Below are positions 49,324 to 60,447 of a DNA stretch of 64,000 nt, one piece after another; within the stretch, counting starts at the first letter, position 1, and the number at the start of each line of letters is the position of its first letter. A program made the position numbers and the translations under genes. The notes under the pieces are model-generated. The model was not told where the DNA came from. It saw only the letters and a program-made list of their open reading frames with translations, and ran no database searches. The stretch is from Caulobacteraceae bacterium (lineage in GTDB: Bacteria > Pseudomonadota > Alphaproteobacteria > Caulobacterales > Caulobacteraceae), in assembly GCA_965283745.1 (NCBI GenBank), contig CBDIPM010000011.1, positions 151-64,150 of the forward strand, in the 5' to 3' direction.

Positions 49324-49977
49324 ATGAACGCGATCTCCCGCTTCCTCCGACTGGCGCCGGCGCTTGCCGTCGCCGCGCTGCTGTCCGCATGCGGCGTGAA
49401 CACGATTCCGACCCAGGACGAGGCCGTGAAGGCCCAGTGGGCCGAAGTGCAGAACCAGTACCAGCGCCGCTCCGACCTGATCCCCAACCTGGTCAACACG
49501 GTGAAGGGCTACGCCGCCCAGGAGAAGGACGTGCTGACCGCCGTCACCGAGGCGCGGGCGTCCGCGACCCAGGTGCGGGTCGACGCCTCGACCATCACCG
49601 ACCCGGCGCAGTTCGCGCAGTTCCAGCAATCGCAGGACAAGCTGAGCGGCGTGCTCGGCCGGCTGATGATGATCCAGGAGAACTACCCGGAGCTGAAGTC
49701 CAACCAGAACTTCATGGCCCTGCAGAGCCAGCTGGAAGGCACCGAGAACCGCATCGCCATCGCCCGCCGCGACTACAACCAGGCGGCCCAGACCTACAAC
49801 ACCACCCTGCGCACCTTCCCGCAGGTGATCTGGGCCAACACCCTGTACAGCAGCCAGAAGCCGGCCCAGCTGTTCCAGGCCGCGGCCTCGGCGCAGACCG
49901 CGCCGACCGTCAGCTTCGACGCCCCGCCGGCCCCGGCCGTCCCGGCGCCGACGACCGCTCCGGCGGCGAAGCAGTAG
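49324..49977 (+). CDS. lemA: LemA family lipoprotein
   Basis: Lipobox LSAC, QYQRRSDLIPNLV, ENYPELKS, LEGTENRIA. Confidence 0.95.
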   Translation: MNAISRFLRLAPALAVAALLSACGVNTIPTQDEAVKAQWAEVQNQYQRRSDLIPNLVNTVKGYAAQEKDVLTAVTEARASATQVRVDASTITDPAQFAQFQQSQDKLSGVLGRLMMIQENYPELKSNQNFMALQSQLEGTENRIAIARRDYNQAAQTYNTTLRTFPQVIWANTLYSSQKPAQLFQAAASAQTAPTVSFDAPPAPAVPAPTTAPAAKQ

Positions 49978-49981
49978 CGGC

Positions 49982-50872
49982 ATGACCCTTCTCCGAGTGT
50001 CCCGGCGCGAGCCGGGACCCATGGCTTCGCGCGAGCGATCGTGGTGGGCCCCGGCCTTCGCCGGGGCGCTCGGAGCAGCGCTGCTCCTCACGATCGCCCT
50101 GCCGGCCCTGGCCGCCCCGACCTTCCCCAAGCTGTCGGGCCGGGTCGTGGACGAGGCCAACCTGCTGTCGCCGGCGACCGAAGCGGCGCTGACCCAGAAG
50201 CTCGAAGCGCTGGAAACCGCGACCGGCCGCCAACTGGTCGTGGCCACCCTGCCCTCGCTGCAGGGGCTTGAGATCGAGGAATACGGCTACCAGCTCGGCC
50301 GGGCCTGGAAGCTGGGCGACGAAAAGGCCGACGACGGCGTGGTGCTGATCGTCGCGCCCAACGAGCGCAAGGTGCGGATCGAGGTCGGCTATGGCCTGGA
50401 GCCGGTGCTGACCGACGCCCTGTCCAGCGTCATCATCCAGTCGGCCATCCTGCCGAAGTTCAAGGCGGGCGACATGGAAGGCGGCGTGGTCGCCGGGGCC
50501 GACGCGCTGATCCAGCAGCTCAGCCTGCCGGACGAGGTCGCCAGGGCCCAGGTGGCCCAGGCGGCCGCGCAGCCGCGCGCCGAGGGTCCGCCCAAGTGGA
50601 TCCTGGTGCTGCTGGTGTTCGGCTTCGTCTCGATGCTGATCAGCATGATGCGGGCCGGACGCCGCGGCCGCCGGGCGATGCGCGGCCGCGACGGCCGTCG
50701 CCGCCGGCGCGATGATGACGACGATAACCTGACCCCGCTGATCATCGGCGGCATCCTGGGCCATATGCTCGGGGGCGGCGGTGGCGGCGGTGGCGGCTGG
50801 TCCGGCGGCGGCGGAGGGTTCTCCGGCGGCGGCGGATCGTTCGGCGGCGGCGGCGCCTCGGGAGGCTGGTAG
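49982..50872 (+). CDS. TPM (YgcG/DUF477) domain protein 1 with Gly-rich tail
   Basis: RVVDEA, IEEYG, RIEVGYGLE..LTD, FSGGGGSFGGGGASGGW. Confidence 0.92.
   Translation: MTLLRVSRREPGPMASRERSWWAPAFAGALGAALLLTIALPALAAPTFPKLSGRVVDEANLLSPATEAALTQKLEALETATGRQLVVATLPSLQGLEIEEYGYQLGRAWKLGDEKADDGVVLIVAPNERKVRIEVGYGLEPVLTDALSSVIIQSAILPKFKAGDMEGGVVAGADALIQQLSLPDEVARAQVAQAAAQPRAEGPPKWILVLLVFGFVSMLISMMRAGRRGRRAMRGRDGRRRRRDDDDDNLTPLIIGGILGHMLGGGGGGGGGWSGGGGGFSGGGGSFGGGGASGGW
49997..50069. repeat. REP-like element (family B) inside the 5' end of TPM gene 1
   Basis: gtgtcccggcgcgagccgggaccca..tgggccccggccttcgccgggg is the reverse complement of the element at 60950-61052. Confidence 0.8.
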
Positions 50873-50879
50873 GATGCCC

Positions 50880-51581
50880 ATGCGAATGACACAGGCCGAC
50901 CAGCAGCGGATCGCCGACGCGGTCGCGGCGGCCGAGGCGACCACGGCCGGCGAGATCTACTGCGTGCTGGCCCCGGCGGTCTCGGACTATCGCGAGACGC
51001 CGCTGGCCTGGGCGGCCGGGGCGGCTCTGGTCCTGCCGGCCCTGGCCCTGCTGCTCGGCTTCGAGCCGCAGATGCTGGTCGGGATGTTCGGCGGCTGGAC
51101 CACCGGCCACGCCCCGACCGGCCAGACCATCTTCACGGCCCTGGCCATCTATGTCGGCCTGCAGGCGGCGGTGTTCACGGTCGCGGCGCTGGTGGTCTCG
51201 ATCCCGCCGATCCGGCGGGCCCTGACGCCGGCCTCGCTGAAGGCCGAGCGGGTGCACCGCGCGGCCATGCAGCAGTTCCTCGGCCACGGCCTGCACGCCA
51301 CCCGCGAGCGGACCGGCATCCTGCTGTTCGCCTCGCTGGCCGAGCACCGGGCCGAGGTGATCGCCGACGAGGGCATCTACAGCGTCGCGCCCAATGCGGT
51401 GTGGGACGAGGTCGTCAGCCTGCTGATCGCCGGCCTCAAGCGCCGCGACATCCCCGGCGGCTTCGAGGCGGCGGTGAAGCGCTGCGGCGAGATCCTCGCC
51501 GAGCATGTGCCGCACCGCGCCGACAATCCCAACGAACTGCCCGACCGCCTGGTGATCCTGCCGACGCCGGGCAAAGACTGA
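50880..51581 (+). CDS. TPM-domain membrane protein 2
   Basis: AEATTAGEI, TRERTGILLF, EVIADEGI, NPNELPD. Confidence 0.9.
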   Translation: MRMTQADQQRIADAVAAAEATTAGEIYCVLAPAVSDYRETPLAWAAGAALVLPALALLLGFEPQMLVGMFGGWTTGHAPTGQTIFTALAIYVGLQAAVFTVAALVVSIPPIRRALTPASLKAERVHRAAMQQFLGHGLHATRERTGILLFASLAEHRAEVIADEGIYSVAPNAVWDEVVSLLIAGLKRRDIPGGFEAAVKRCGEILAEHVPHRADNPNELPDRLVILPTPGKD

Positions 51582-51585
51582 CCGC

Positions 51586-52488
51586 ATGAAGGGCGGGGGC
51601 GGTCTGCGACGCATCGCTGCGACGCTGGCTGCGCTGGCCGTCCTGCTGGCGATGCCCACTACAGCCTTCGCAGCCCCGACGTTCCCGGCGCTGGAGGGGC
51701 GGCGTGTCGTCGACGAGGCGGGCGTGCTCTCGCCTGCCGTCGAGGCTTCGCTGACCGGCAAGCTCGAGAGCCTCCAGGCGGCCACGGGACGGCAACTGGT
51801 CATCGCCACCCTGCCGTCGCTGCAGGGCTACGAGATCGAGGACTACGGATACAGGCTGGGTCGCCACTGGGGCGTCGGTTCGAAAGCGCGGGACGACGGC
51901 GTGCTGTTGATCGTGGCGCCTCGTGAACGCAAGGTCCGCATCGAGGTCGGCTATGGCCTCGAAGGGACCCTCACCGACGCCCTCGCGCGCATCATCATCG
52001 ACACCCGCATCCTGCCAAAGTTCAGGGATGGCGACCTGGAGGGCGGCGTGGTGGATGGGTCAGACGCCATCGCCCAGCAACTCAGCCTGCCGACGGACGA
52101 GGCCCGGGCCGTTTCTGTGGCCAGCCTATCGTCCGGCCCTGACGGAAGCGGAGACAGAAGCGCAGGTGGAGAAGTTATCTGGGTGGTGGCGGGCCTGTTT
52201 GCGGTGCTGTTTGTCGTCCACGATCTCATGATGGGGGGCGAGAAACGGATCTCGCGCAGCATCGTGCGTGCCGTACCCCGTCCTCCAAATCGCAAGGAGC
52301 GCCGGCGTCTGGAAGCGCTGGCCAGGAATCCGGCACAGTCCGACGACGAATGGGGTGGTCACGGTTCAGCAGGCGGCGCATTCAGTGGCGGATCAGGTTC
52401 CGGCGGCGGTGGCGGGTTCTCTGGCGGCGGTGGGTTTTCCGGTGGCGGCGGCTCGTTCGGCGGCGGCGGCGCGTCAGGAAGTTGGTGA
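51586..52488 (+). CDS. TPM (YgcG) domain protein 3, paralog of TPM1
   Basis: Closely similar TPM domain; different TM/cytoplasmic segment; Gly-rich tail. Confidence 0.88.
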   Translation: MKGGGGLRRIAATLAALAVLLAMPTTAFAAPTFPALEGRRVVDEAGVLSPAVEASLTGKLESLQAATGRQLVIATLPSLQGYEIEDYGYRLGRHWGVGSKARDDGVLLIVAPRERKVRIEVGYGLEGTLTDALARIIIDTRILPKFRDGDLEGGVVDGSDAIAQQLSLPTDEARAVSVASLSSGPDGSGDRSAGGEVIWVVAGLFAVLFVVHDLMMGGEKRISRSIVRAVPRPPNRKERRRLEALARNPAQSDDEWGGHGSAGGAFSGGSGSGGGGGFSGGGGFSGGGGSFGGGGASGSW

Positions 52489-52492
52489 AGAC

Positions 52493-53167
52493 ATGATCCC
52501 CTGGGTCCATCTCGATACGGCCACCGTACCCGGCGGGGGCGGCGAGCTGAAGCTGATGCAGCGCGGCGACGAGTTTTCGATCATGGCCGGCGGCATCGAG
52601 CTGATGAACAGCCGGCTGAGCGATTCGGAGCAGGCGCTCGCCCGCCTGGCCCGCGAGCGCATCGGCGACCGGCCCAAGCCACGCGTGCTGATCGGCGGGC
52701 TGGGCATGGGCTTCACCCTGCGCGCGGCGCTGGAGGCGTTTGGTCCAAAGGCGGAGATCGTCGTCGCCGAACTGGTCCCGGCGGTGCTGGCCTGGGCCAA
52801 GGGGCCGCTCGCCGGCCTCTACGGCGACAGCCTGACCGACCCGCGCACCACGGTCAGGCTCATCGACGTCGCCGATCTGATCGACAGCCCGCCGGGCAGC
52901 TGGGACGCCATCCTGCTGGACGTCGACAACGGCCCCAAGGGCCTGAGCCGCGCTGGCAACAACGGCCTCTACAACGGGCGCGGCCTGGGGGTGGCGAAGA
53001 AGTCATTGCGCCCGGGCGGCGTACTGGGCGTCTGGTCCTCGACGCCGGACCACGCCTTCACCGGCCGTCTGCAGCGCTCCGGCTTCGAGGTGAAGGAAAC
53101 CATGGTCCGCGCCCACCGCGGCCGAGGCGCCCGCCACATCGTCTGGATGGCGGCGACGCCGGGATGA
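52493..53167 (+). CDS. Spermidine-synthase-like SAM-dependent methyltransferase
   Basis: VLIGGLGMGFTL, AILLDVDNGP. Confidence 0.88.
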   Translation: MIPWVHLDTATVPGGGGELKLMQRGDEFSIMAGGIELMNSRLSDSEQALARLARERIGDRPKPRVLIGGLGMGFTLRAALEAFGPKAEIVVAELVPAVLAWAKGPLAGLYGDSLTDPRTTVRLIDVADLIDSPPGSWDAILLDVDNGPKGLSRAGNNGLYNGRGLGVAKKSLRPGGVLGVWSSTPDHAFTGRLQRSGFEVKETMVRAHRGRGARHIVWMAATPG

Positions 53168-53198
53168 CAGTGTCGGGCGACTGAGTCACAGTCCCCTC

Positions 53199-53636
53199 AT
53201 GACCGGCTCCATCGACCCGACCCGCCCGCAGTTCGACGCCTTCAAGGCGCTGCCCCGCGACCAGCCCATCCATATGCTGAACCTCGTCCGCGTGCGGCCG
53301 CTGGCCGACTATCCGGAGGGTCACCCCAACCACGGCAAGGGGATGACGGGGCTTGAGGCTTACCGCGCCTACGGCCGCGACAGCGCCGAAGTGTTCAAGC
53401 GGGTCGGCGGCCGGCAGATCTGGGCCGGGCGGCCGGATGTCGTCCTGACCGGCCCGACCGACGAGCGCTGGGACATCGCCTTCATCGCCTTCTACCCCAG
53501 CGCCGGCGCCTTCCTGGAGATGGTCACCGACCCCAGCTACCGCGAGCACGTCAAGCACCGCCAGGCGGCGGTCGAGGACAGCCGGCTGATCCGGATGGAT
53601 CCGGTGGAAGAGCCGGGCGAGGGGTTCGGGGAGTAA
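53199..53636 (+). CDS. DUF1330-family protein
   Basis: IHMLNL, AY..YG, WD..FIAFYPS..AFLEM, HRQAAVEDSRL. Confidence 0.85.
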   Translation: MTGSIDPTRPQFDAFKALPRDQPIHMLNLVRVRPLADYPEGHPNHGKGMTGLEAYRAYGRDSAEVFKRVGGRQIWAGRPDVVLTGPTDERWDIAFIAFYPSAGAFLEMVTDPSYREHVKHRQAAVEDSRLIRMDPVEEPGEGFGE

Positions 53637-53642
53637 CCTGCG

Positions 53643-53775
53643 TCATCCTCTCCCTCGTGGGAGAGGTGGCCCGGCGGAGCCGGGTCGGAGAGGGATGCAC
53701 CGCCACCAACCCGCTGGCCGCCGAGCTTCCCTCTCAGTCACCGCTCCGCGGCGACAGCTCTCCCACGGGGAGAGC
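53643..53775. repeat. CIR/REP-like palindromic element (family A)
   Basis: Arms nearly identical to 57632-57763, with a different central spacer. Confidence 0.85.
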
Positions 53776-53785
53776 GTGAGGTCGG

Positions 53786-55528
<1,743 letters not shown>

Positions 55529-55608
55529 GCCAAAACTCCCTGATCGTATTTCTTATCGTTGATCAGGATCGTCCCGCCGGGTGACGCGCAGGTCAAGGCG
55601 TGCGGCGC

Positions 55609-55956
55609 CTATTTCGACTCCACCGCCACCAGACGCCGGCAGTCGGCGGGCGCGCAGCCGGGAGGACTGGCCATCGTCGCCTTGACGTACAGCACCCCGA
55701 TCGGCTTGCCCCGCGCCTTTCCGTCCAGCGCGATGCGGAGCACCGGGTCGAGCAGGCGGTCGTTGGTCTCCATGGCGAAGGTGCGCGGCGTGTCGGCTCC
55801 GGCCAGGCCCGCGCACTTCACCACCATCCGGTCGCGCAGCAGGGCCACGCTGGCCACCGTGCAGTCCGTCCAGGCCCCGCCCTCGGGCGTATCCTGGGCG
55901 AGAGCGGGCGTGGAGAGGGCCGACGCGGCCGCAAGGGCGAGGAGCAGGGTGCGCAT
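55609..55956 (-). CDS. Hypothetical secreted protein (4 Cys)
   Basis: Signal peptide ending ALA-Q. Confidence 0.7.
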   Translation of the reverse strand: MRTLLLALAAASALSTPALAQDTPEGGAWTDCTVASVALLRDRMVVKCAGLAGADTPRTFAMETNDRLLDPVLRIALDGKARGKPIGVLYVKATMASPPGCAPADCRRLVAVESK

Positions 55957-56099
55957 GAAGAGGTCCCGGGCGATGAGGCAACGGCAGCAAGCCAGTGCTC
56001 GGCTGGATTGGCAAGCGGCTCTCTGGAACCCCTCCTCCCAGGTTGACGCGCGCGTGATCTTTTTCTTTCCGCCACGTTCGCCTAGGGTGCGGCGCACCA

Positions 56100-56117
56100 T
56101 TCGAACGAGTGTTTGAG
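56100..56117. promoter_or_regulatory. PsrA-like (TetR) operator upstream of the thiolase
   Basis: TTCGAACGAGTGTTTGAG resembles the TTCAAAC-N4-GTTTGAA palindrome. Confidence 0.5.
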
Positions 56118-56138
56118 AGACAAAAGGGAAAACGCCAG

Positions 56139-57311
56139 ATGCGCGAAGCCGTCATCGTGTCCTACGCCCGCACCGGCCTCGCCAAGGCGGGCCGCGGCGG
56201 ATTTAACGTCACCCCGCCGATGAGCATGGCGGCCCACGCCATCAAGCATGCGGTGGCCAAGTCGGGCGTCGATCCGGCCGACATCGAGGACTGCTACCTG
56301 GGCAACAACGCCCACGGCGCGGCCAACATCGGTCGCCTCGCCGCGCTGCTGGCCGGCATGCCGGTGACCACCGGCGGCGTGACCATCAACCGCTTCTGCT
56401 CCTCGGGCCTGCAGGCCATCGCCATGGCCGCCAACCACATCCGTGGCGACGGCGCCGACTGCGTCGTGGCCGGCGGCGTGGAGAGCATCTCCATCCCGGG
56501 CGGCGGCATGGGCGGTTCGGGCACGGTTGATCCCAAGCTGATGGAGATCGCCCCGGCCATCTTCATGGCCATGATCGACACCGCCGACATCGTCGCCAAG
56601 CGCTACGGCGTCAGCCGCGAGTACCAGGACGAGTACAGCCTCGAATCCCAGCGCCGCACGGCCGCGGCCCAGGCCTCGGGCAAGTTCGACGACGAGATCG
56701 TCCCGATGGCCACCAAGATGAAGCTGGTCAACAAGGACACCAAGGAAGAGACCCTGGTCGACTACGTGGTCGACAAGGACGAGTGCAACCGTCCCGAAAC
56801 CACGCTCGAAGGCCTCGCCAAGCTCGCGCCGGTCAAGGGCGAAGGCAACTTCGTCACCGCCGGCAACGCCAGCCAGCTGTCGGACGGCGCCGCCGCCGTG
56901 GTGGTGATGGAAGCCAAGGAAGCCGAACGCCGCGGTCTCGAGCCGCTGGGCCGTTTCGTGTCCTGGGCCGCCGCCGGCTGCGAGCCTGACGAAATGGGCA
57001 TCGGCCCGGTGTTCGCCGTGCCCCGCCTGCTCGCCCGCCAGGGCCTGAAGGTCGATGACATCGACCTGTGGGAACTGAACGAGGCCTTCGCCTCCCAGTG
57101 CCTCTACAGCCGCGACAAGCTGGGCATCGACCCGGCCAAGTACAACGTCAACGGCGGCTCGATCTCGATCGGCCACCCCTTCGGCATGACCGGCGCGCGC
57201 TGCACCGGCCACCTGCTGCAGGAAGGCCGTCGTCGCGGCGCCAAGTGGGGCGTGGTGACCATGTGCATCGGCGGCGGCCAAGGCGGCGCCGGCCTGTTCG
57301 AGATCTACTAG
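56139..57311 (+). CDS. Acetyl-CoA C-acyltransferase (thiolase)
   Basis: NRFCSSG, NEAF, GHPFG, MCIGGG. Confidence 0.95.
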   Translation: MREAVIVSYARTGLAKAGRGGFNVTPPMSMAAHAIKHAVAKSGVDPADIEDCYLGNNAHGAANIGRLAALLAGMPVTTGGVTINRFCSSGLQAIAMAANHIRGDGADCVVAGGVESISIPGGGMGGSGTVDPKLMEIAPAIFMAMIDTADIVAKRYGVSREYQDEYSLESQRRTAAAQASGKFDDEIVPMATKMKLVNKDTKEETLVDYVVDKDECNRPETTLEGLAKLAPVKGEGNFVTAGNASQLSDGAAAVVVMEAKEAERRGLEPLGRFVSWAAAGCEPDEMGIGPVFAVPRLLARQGLKVDDIDLWELNEAFASQCLYSRDKLGIDPAKYNVNGGSISIGHPFGMTGARCTGHLLQEGRRRGAKWGVVTMCIGGGQGGAGLFEIY

Positions 57312-57424
57312 GAACAGACGGCTGATCCGGTCCTGGCGTTAACCCGCTCAGGCCGGATCAATCCCTGAACTGATCTTTGCGAGGCAGGATGGACCGGACG
57401 GTTCGTCCTGCCTTTGCTTTGCGG

Positions 57425-57449
57425 GAAACCCGGCGCTTGGGGGTTCGTT
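57425..57449 (+). promoter_or_regulatory. SigT/EcfG-like promoter
   Basis: GAAAC-N16-CGTT (one mismatch) upstream of the small ORF at 57499. Confidence 0.4.
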
Positions 57450-57498
57450 AACCGCTGCGGCGCAACCTCGGCGGGTCGCATCCAGGGGAGCGTCCTCC

Positions 57499-57630
57499 AT
57501 GGCCGTCAAGGCCGTCTTCGCCATCGCCGCCATCGCGGCCGTCGCCATCGCGCTGCTGCTGCCCGTCCCGGGCGAGCATACGCAGGCGAAGGTGTCCCGG
57601 ATCCAGACCGTCGCGGTGGGTCAGGGGTAG
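57499..57630 (+). CDS. Small (43 aa) membrane or exported protein, absent from the ORF track
   Basis: RBS aggggag; MAVKAVFAIAAIAAVAIALLLPVPGEHTQAKVSRIQTVAVGQG*; almost every third codon position is G/C. Confidence 0.65.
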   Translation: MAVKAVFAIAAIAAVAIALLLPVPGEHTQAKVSRIQTVAVGQG

Positions 57631-57631
57631 T

Positions 57632-57763
57632 TCATCCTCTCCCCGAGGGAGAGGTGGCCCGGCGGAGCCGGGTCGGAGAGGGACGCACTTCGGCCAGCCC
57701 CCCAGCCAGCGCGCCTCCCTCTCAGTCACGGCTCCGCCATGACAGCTCTCCCAAGGGGAGAGC
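57632..57763. repeat. CIR/REP-like palindromic element (family A)
   Basis: tcatcctctccc..gggagaggtggcccggcggagccgggtcggagaggga .. ccctctcagtcac..gacagctctccca.ggggagagc. Confidence 0.85.
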
Positions 57764-57776
57764 GTGACAATGAGGC

Positions 57777-58238
57777 CTACTCCCCTTCGCGCGGCTCGGC
57801 GCTCAGCGGGAAGGCGCAGCCCTTGAAGACGGCGTCGCCCTCCCGGAGCTCGGCCGTGTAGTCGTACTTGAGGTCGCTCATGCCGTCGCTGCAGGGCGCC
57901 TTGCTCACCACCAGCACCACCGGGGTGGTCCCGGCCTGGGCGGTCCAGGTCCCCGTGGCCCCCGACGTCCCCAGCGCGGCGTTGGTGGCCACGACCTCGG
58001 GCGGCTCGGGCCGGGTGATGGTGATCGTGGTCCCCTTCACGTCGGCACGCCAGAAGGGTTCGTTGCCCCGGGCGGCGAAGTCGACGGCGTATTCACTGGC
58101 GGGCTCGACCGGCGCGGTCGCCTCGGGCGGCGCATCGGCCGGCGGCGGCGCGTCGGCCCCGCCGGGCGCCTCCTGCCCGCAGGCGGCGAGCATCAGGGCG
58201 GACAGGGCGGACGCGGTAAGAACGGCGGTGCGGCGCAT
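57777..58238 (-). CDS. COG3650-like lipoprotein
   Basis: Lipobox LAAC, GNEPFW, CSDGMSD, GCA. Confidence 0.87.
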   Translation of the reverse strand: MRRTAVLTASALSALMLAACGQEAPGGADAPPPADAPPEATAPVEPASEYAVDFAARGNEPFWRADVKGTTITITRPEPPEVVATNAALGTSGATGTWTAQAGTTPVVLVVSKAPCSDGMSDLKYDYTAELREGDAVFKGCAFPLSAEPREGE

Positions 58239-58284
58239 GGCGCTTCTCCTCGAAAGGTCGCGGGCAGGTTAGACTCATTTGGCG

Positions 58285-59400
58285 ATGAGTCGGAATCCTC
58301 CCCTGGGCTTCTATGAGTTCTTCGCCGGAGGGGGCATGGCCCGGCTCGGGCTGGGCGAGGGCTGGTCCTGTCTCTACGCCAACGACTTCGACCCGGTGAA
58401 GGCGGCCACCTACCGCGCCAACCATGCCGGCGCCGACGCTCACTTCCGGCAGGGCGATGTCTGGCAGGTCGCGCCGGCCGACCTGCCCGGCCGCGCGGAC
58501 CTCGCCTGGGCCTCCAGCCCCTGCCAGGACTTCAGCCTGGCCGGGTCGCGGGCGGGGTTGACGGGCGGACGCTCGAGCGCCTTCTTCGGCTTCTGGCGGC
58601 TGGTCGAGGCGCTGAACGCCCGGGGCCGCGCGCCGCGGGCCATCGTCATCGAGAACGTCGTCGGCCTGCTGACCTCGCACGGCGGCAAGGACTTCGAAGC
58701 GCTGTGTGCGGCGCTGGCCGGTCAGGGCTACCGGTTCGGCGCGCTGGAGATCGACGCGGCCGCCTTCACACCGCAGAGTCGGCCCCGGGTCTTCGTCATC
58801 GCCACCCGGGATCAGGCTGGGGCGCGGGCCGGGCGCTGCGGCTTCCACAGCAAGGCGGTGATCCAGGCCCACGACCGCCTGCCCGCCGCGCTGAAGGCGT
58901 CCTGGGTCTGGTGGGACCTGCCCGCGCCGCCGGCCCGCAACACCGATCTGTCTTCCCTGCTCGAAAACGACGACTCCGTGGCCTGGAGGCCGGAGGCCGA
59001 CACCGCCCGGCTGCTGGCCCAGATGACGCCGCTGCATCGCGCGCGGCTGGAGCAGCCCGGCCGCACGGTCGGCGCCGTCTATCGCCGCACCCGGGCCGGG
59101 ACGCCACAGGCCGAGGTGCGCACCGATGGCCTCGCCGGTTGCCTGCGCACCGCCCGGGGCGGCTCTTCGCGGCAGACCATCGTGGTGGCGCAGGACGGCG
59201 TCGTCCGCTCCCGGCTGCTCACCCCGCGCGAGGGCGCCCGGCTGATGGGCCTGCCCGACAGCTACGCCCTGCCCGCCGGGTCGACGGCGGCCTTCCACGT
59301 CATCGGCGACGGCGTCGCCGCGCCGGTGGTGCGCTGGCTTTCGGCCCACCTTCTCGAGCCGCTGCTTAGAGATTCCTTGGCGCCGCTCGCAGCCGAATGA
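58285..59400 (+). CDS. Orphan DNA (cytosine-5)-methyltransferase
   Basis: Motif I FAGGG, IV SPCQDFS, VI ENV, VIII QSRPRVF, IX RLLTPREGARLMG, X GDGV. Confidence 0.93.
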   Translation: MSRNPPLGFYEFFAGGGMARLGLGEGWSCLYANDFDPVKAATYRANHAGADAHFRQGDVWQVAPADLPGRADLAWASSPCQDFSLAGSRAGLTGGRSSAFFGFWRLVEALNARGRAPRAIVIENVVGLLTSHGGKDFEALCAALAGQGYRFGALEIDAAAFTPQSRPRVFVIATRDQAGARAGRCGFHSKAVIQAHDRLPAALKASWVWWDLPAPPARNTDLSSLLENDDSVAWRPEADTARLLAQMTPLHRARLEQPGRTVGAVYRRTRAGTPQAEVRTDGLAGCLRTARGGSSRQTIVVAQDGVVRSRLLTPREGARLMGLPDSYALPAGSTAAFHVIGDGVAAPVVRWLSAHLLEPLLRDSLAPLAAE

Positions 59401-59468
59401 GCGCTGACAACGCCCGTGGGCGGTTCTAGGGTCGCGGCAACAGAACACGCTCCCCCCGGAGACTATCG

Positions 59469-60443
59469 ATGACCACCTACGACGCCGCCCGCTTCAAACG
59501 CGCCGGTCGCGGCCGCATCTACGACAGCATCGTCGACACCCTGGGCGACACGCCGCTGGTGCGGCTGCCCAACCTGAGCGCCGAGCTGAAGCCGAAGGGC
59601 GAGGTGCTGGCCAAGCTGGAATTCTTCAACCCGATGGGTTCGGTCAAGGACCGCATCGGCGCCTCGATGATCGAGTGGCTGGAAGCCAACGGCCTGCTCA
59701 AGGCGGGCGGCTCCATCGTCGAGCCGACCAGCGGCAACACCGGCATCGCCCTGGCCTTCGTCGCCGCCGCCAAGGGCTATCCCATCGTGCTGGTCATGCC
59801 CGACAGCATGTCGATCGAGCGGCGCAAGATGCTGCTGATCCTCGGCGCGCGGCTGGAGCTGACCCCGGCCGAGAAGGGCATGCGCGGCGCCGTCGCCCGG
59901 GCGCAGGAGCTGCTGGAGGAAATCCCCGGTTCGGTGATGCCCCAGCAGTTCGAGAACGAGGCCAACCCGCTGATCCACCGGGTCTCGACGGCCGAGGAAA
60001 TCTGGAACGACACCGCCGGGACGGTCGACGCCGTGGTCTCCGGCGTCGGCACCGGCGGCACCATCACCGGCGTCGGCCAGGTGCTGAAGGCCCGCAAGCC
60101 GTCGCTGCGCATGGTCGCCGTCGAGCCCGAGGCCTCGCCCGTTCTGTCCGGCGGCGCGCCGGGATCGCACAAGATCCAGGGCATCGGGGCCGGCTTCGTG
60201 CCGGGCATTCTGGACCGCGGCGTCATCGACGACATCGTCAAGGTCAGCAACGACGACGCCTTCGACATGGCCCGCAAGGTGGCCCGCACCGACGGCCTGC
60301 CGGTCGGCATCTCGTCGGGCGCCGCCCTGACCGCCGCCTTCGACCTCGCCAGCCGGCCCGAGTACGCGGGCAAGGTGATCGTCACCATCATCCCCAGCTT
60401 CGCCGAGCGGTACCTGAGCACGGCGCTGTTCGAGGGGCTGTAG
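59469..60443 (+). CDS. cysK: Cysteine synthase A
   Basis: SVKDR (PLP Lys), [28 protein letters not shown]. Confidence 0.96.
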   Translation: MTTYDAARFKRAGRGRIYDSIVDTLGDTPLVRLPNLSAELKPKGEVLAKLEFFNPMGSVKDRIGASMIEWLEANGLLKAGGSIVEPTSGNTGIALAFVAAAKGYPIVLVMPDSMSIERRKMLLILGARLELTPAEKGMRGAVARAQELLEEIPGSVMPQQFENEANPLIHRVSTAEEIWNDTAGTVDAVVSGVGTGGTITGVGQVLKARKPSLRMVAVEPEASPVLSGGAPGSHKIQGIGAGFVPGILDRGVIDDIVKVSNDDAFDMARKVARTDGLPVGISSGAALTAAFDLASRPEYAGKVIVTIIPSFAERYLSTALFEGL

Positions 60444-60447
60444 GATC

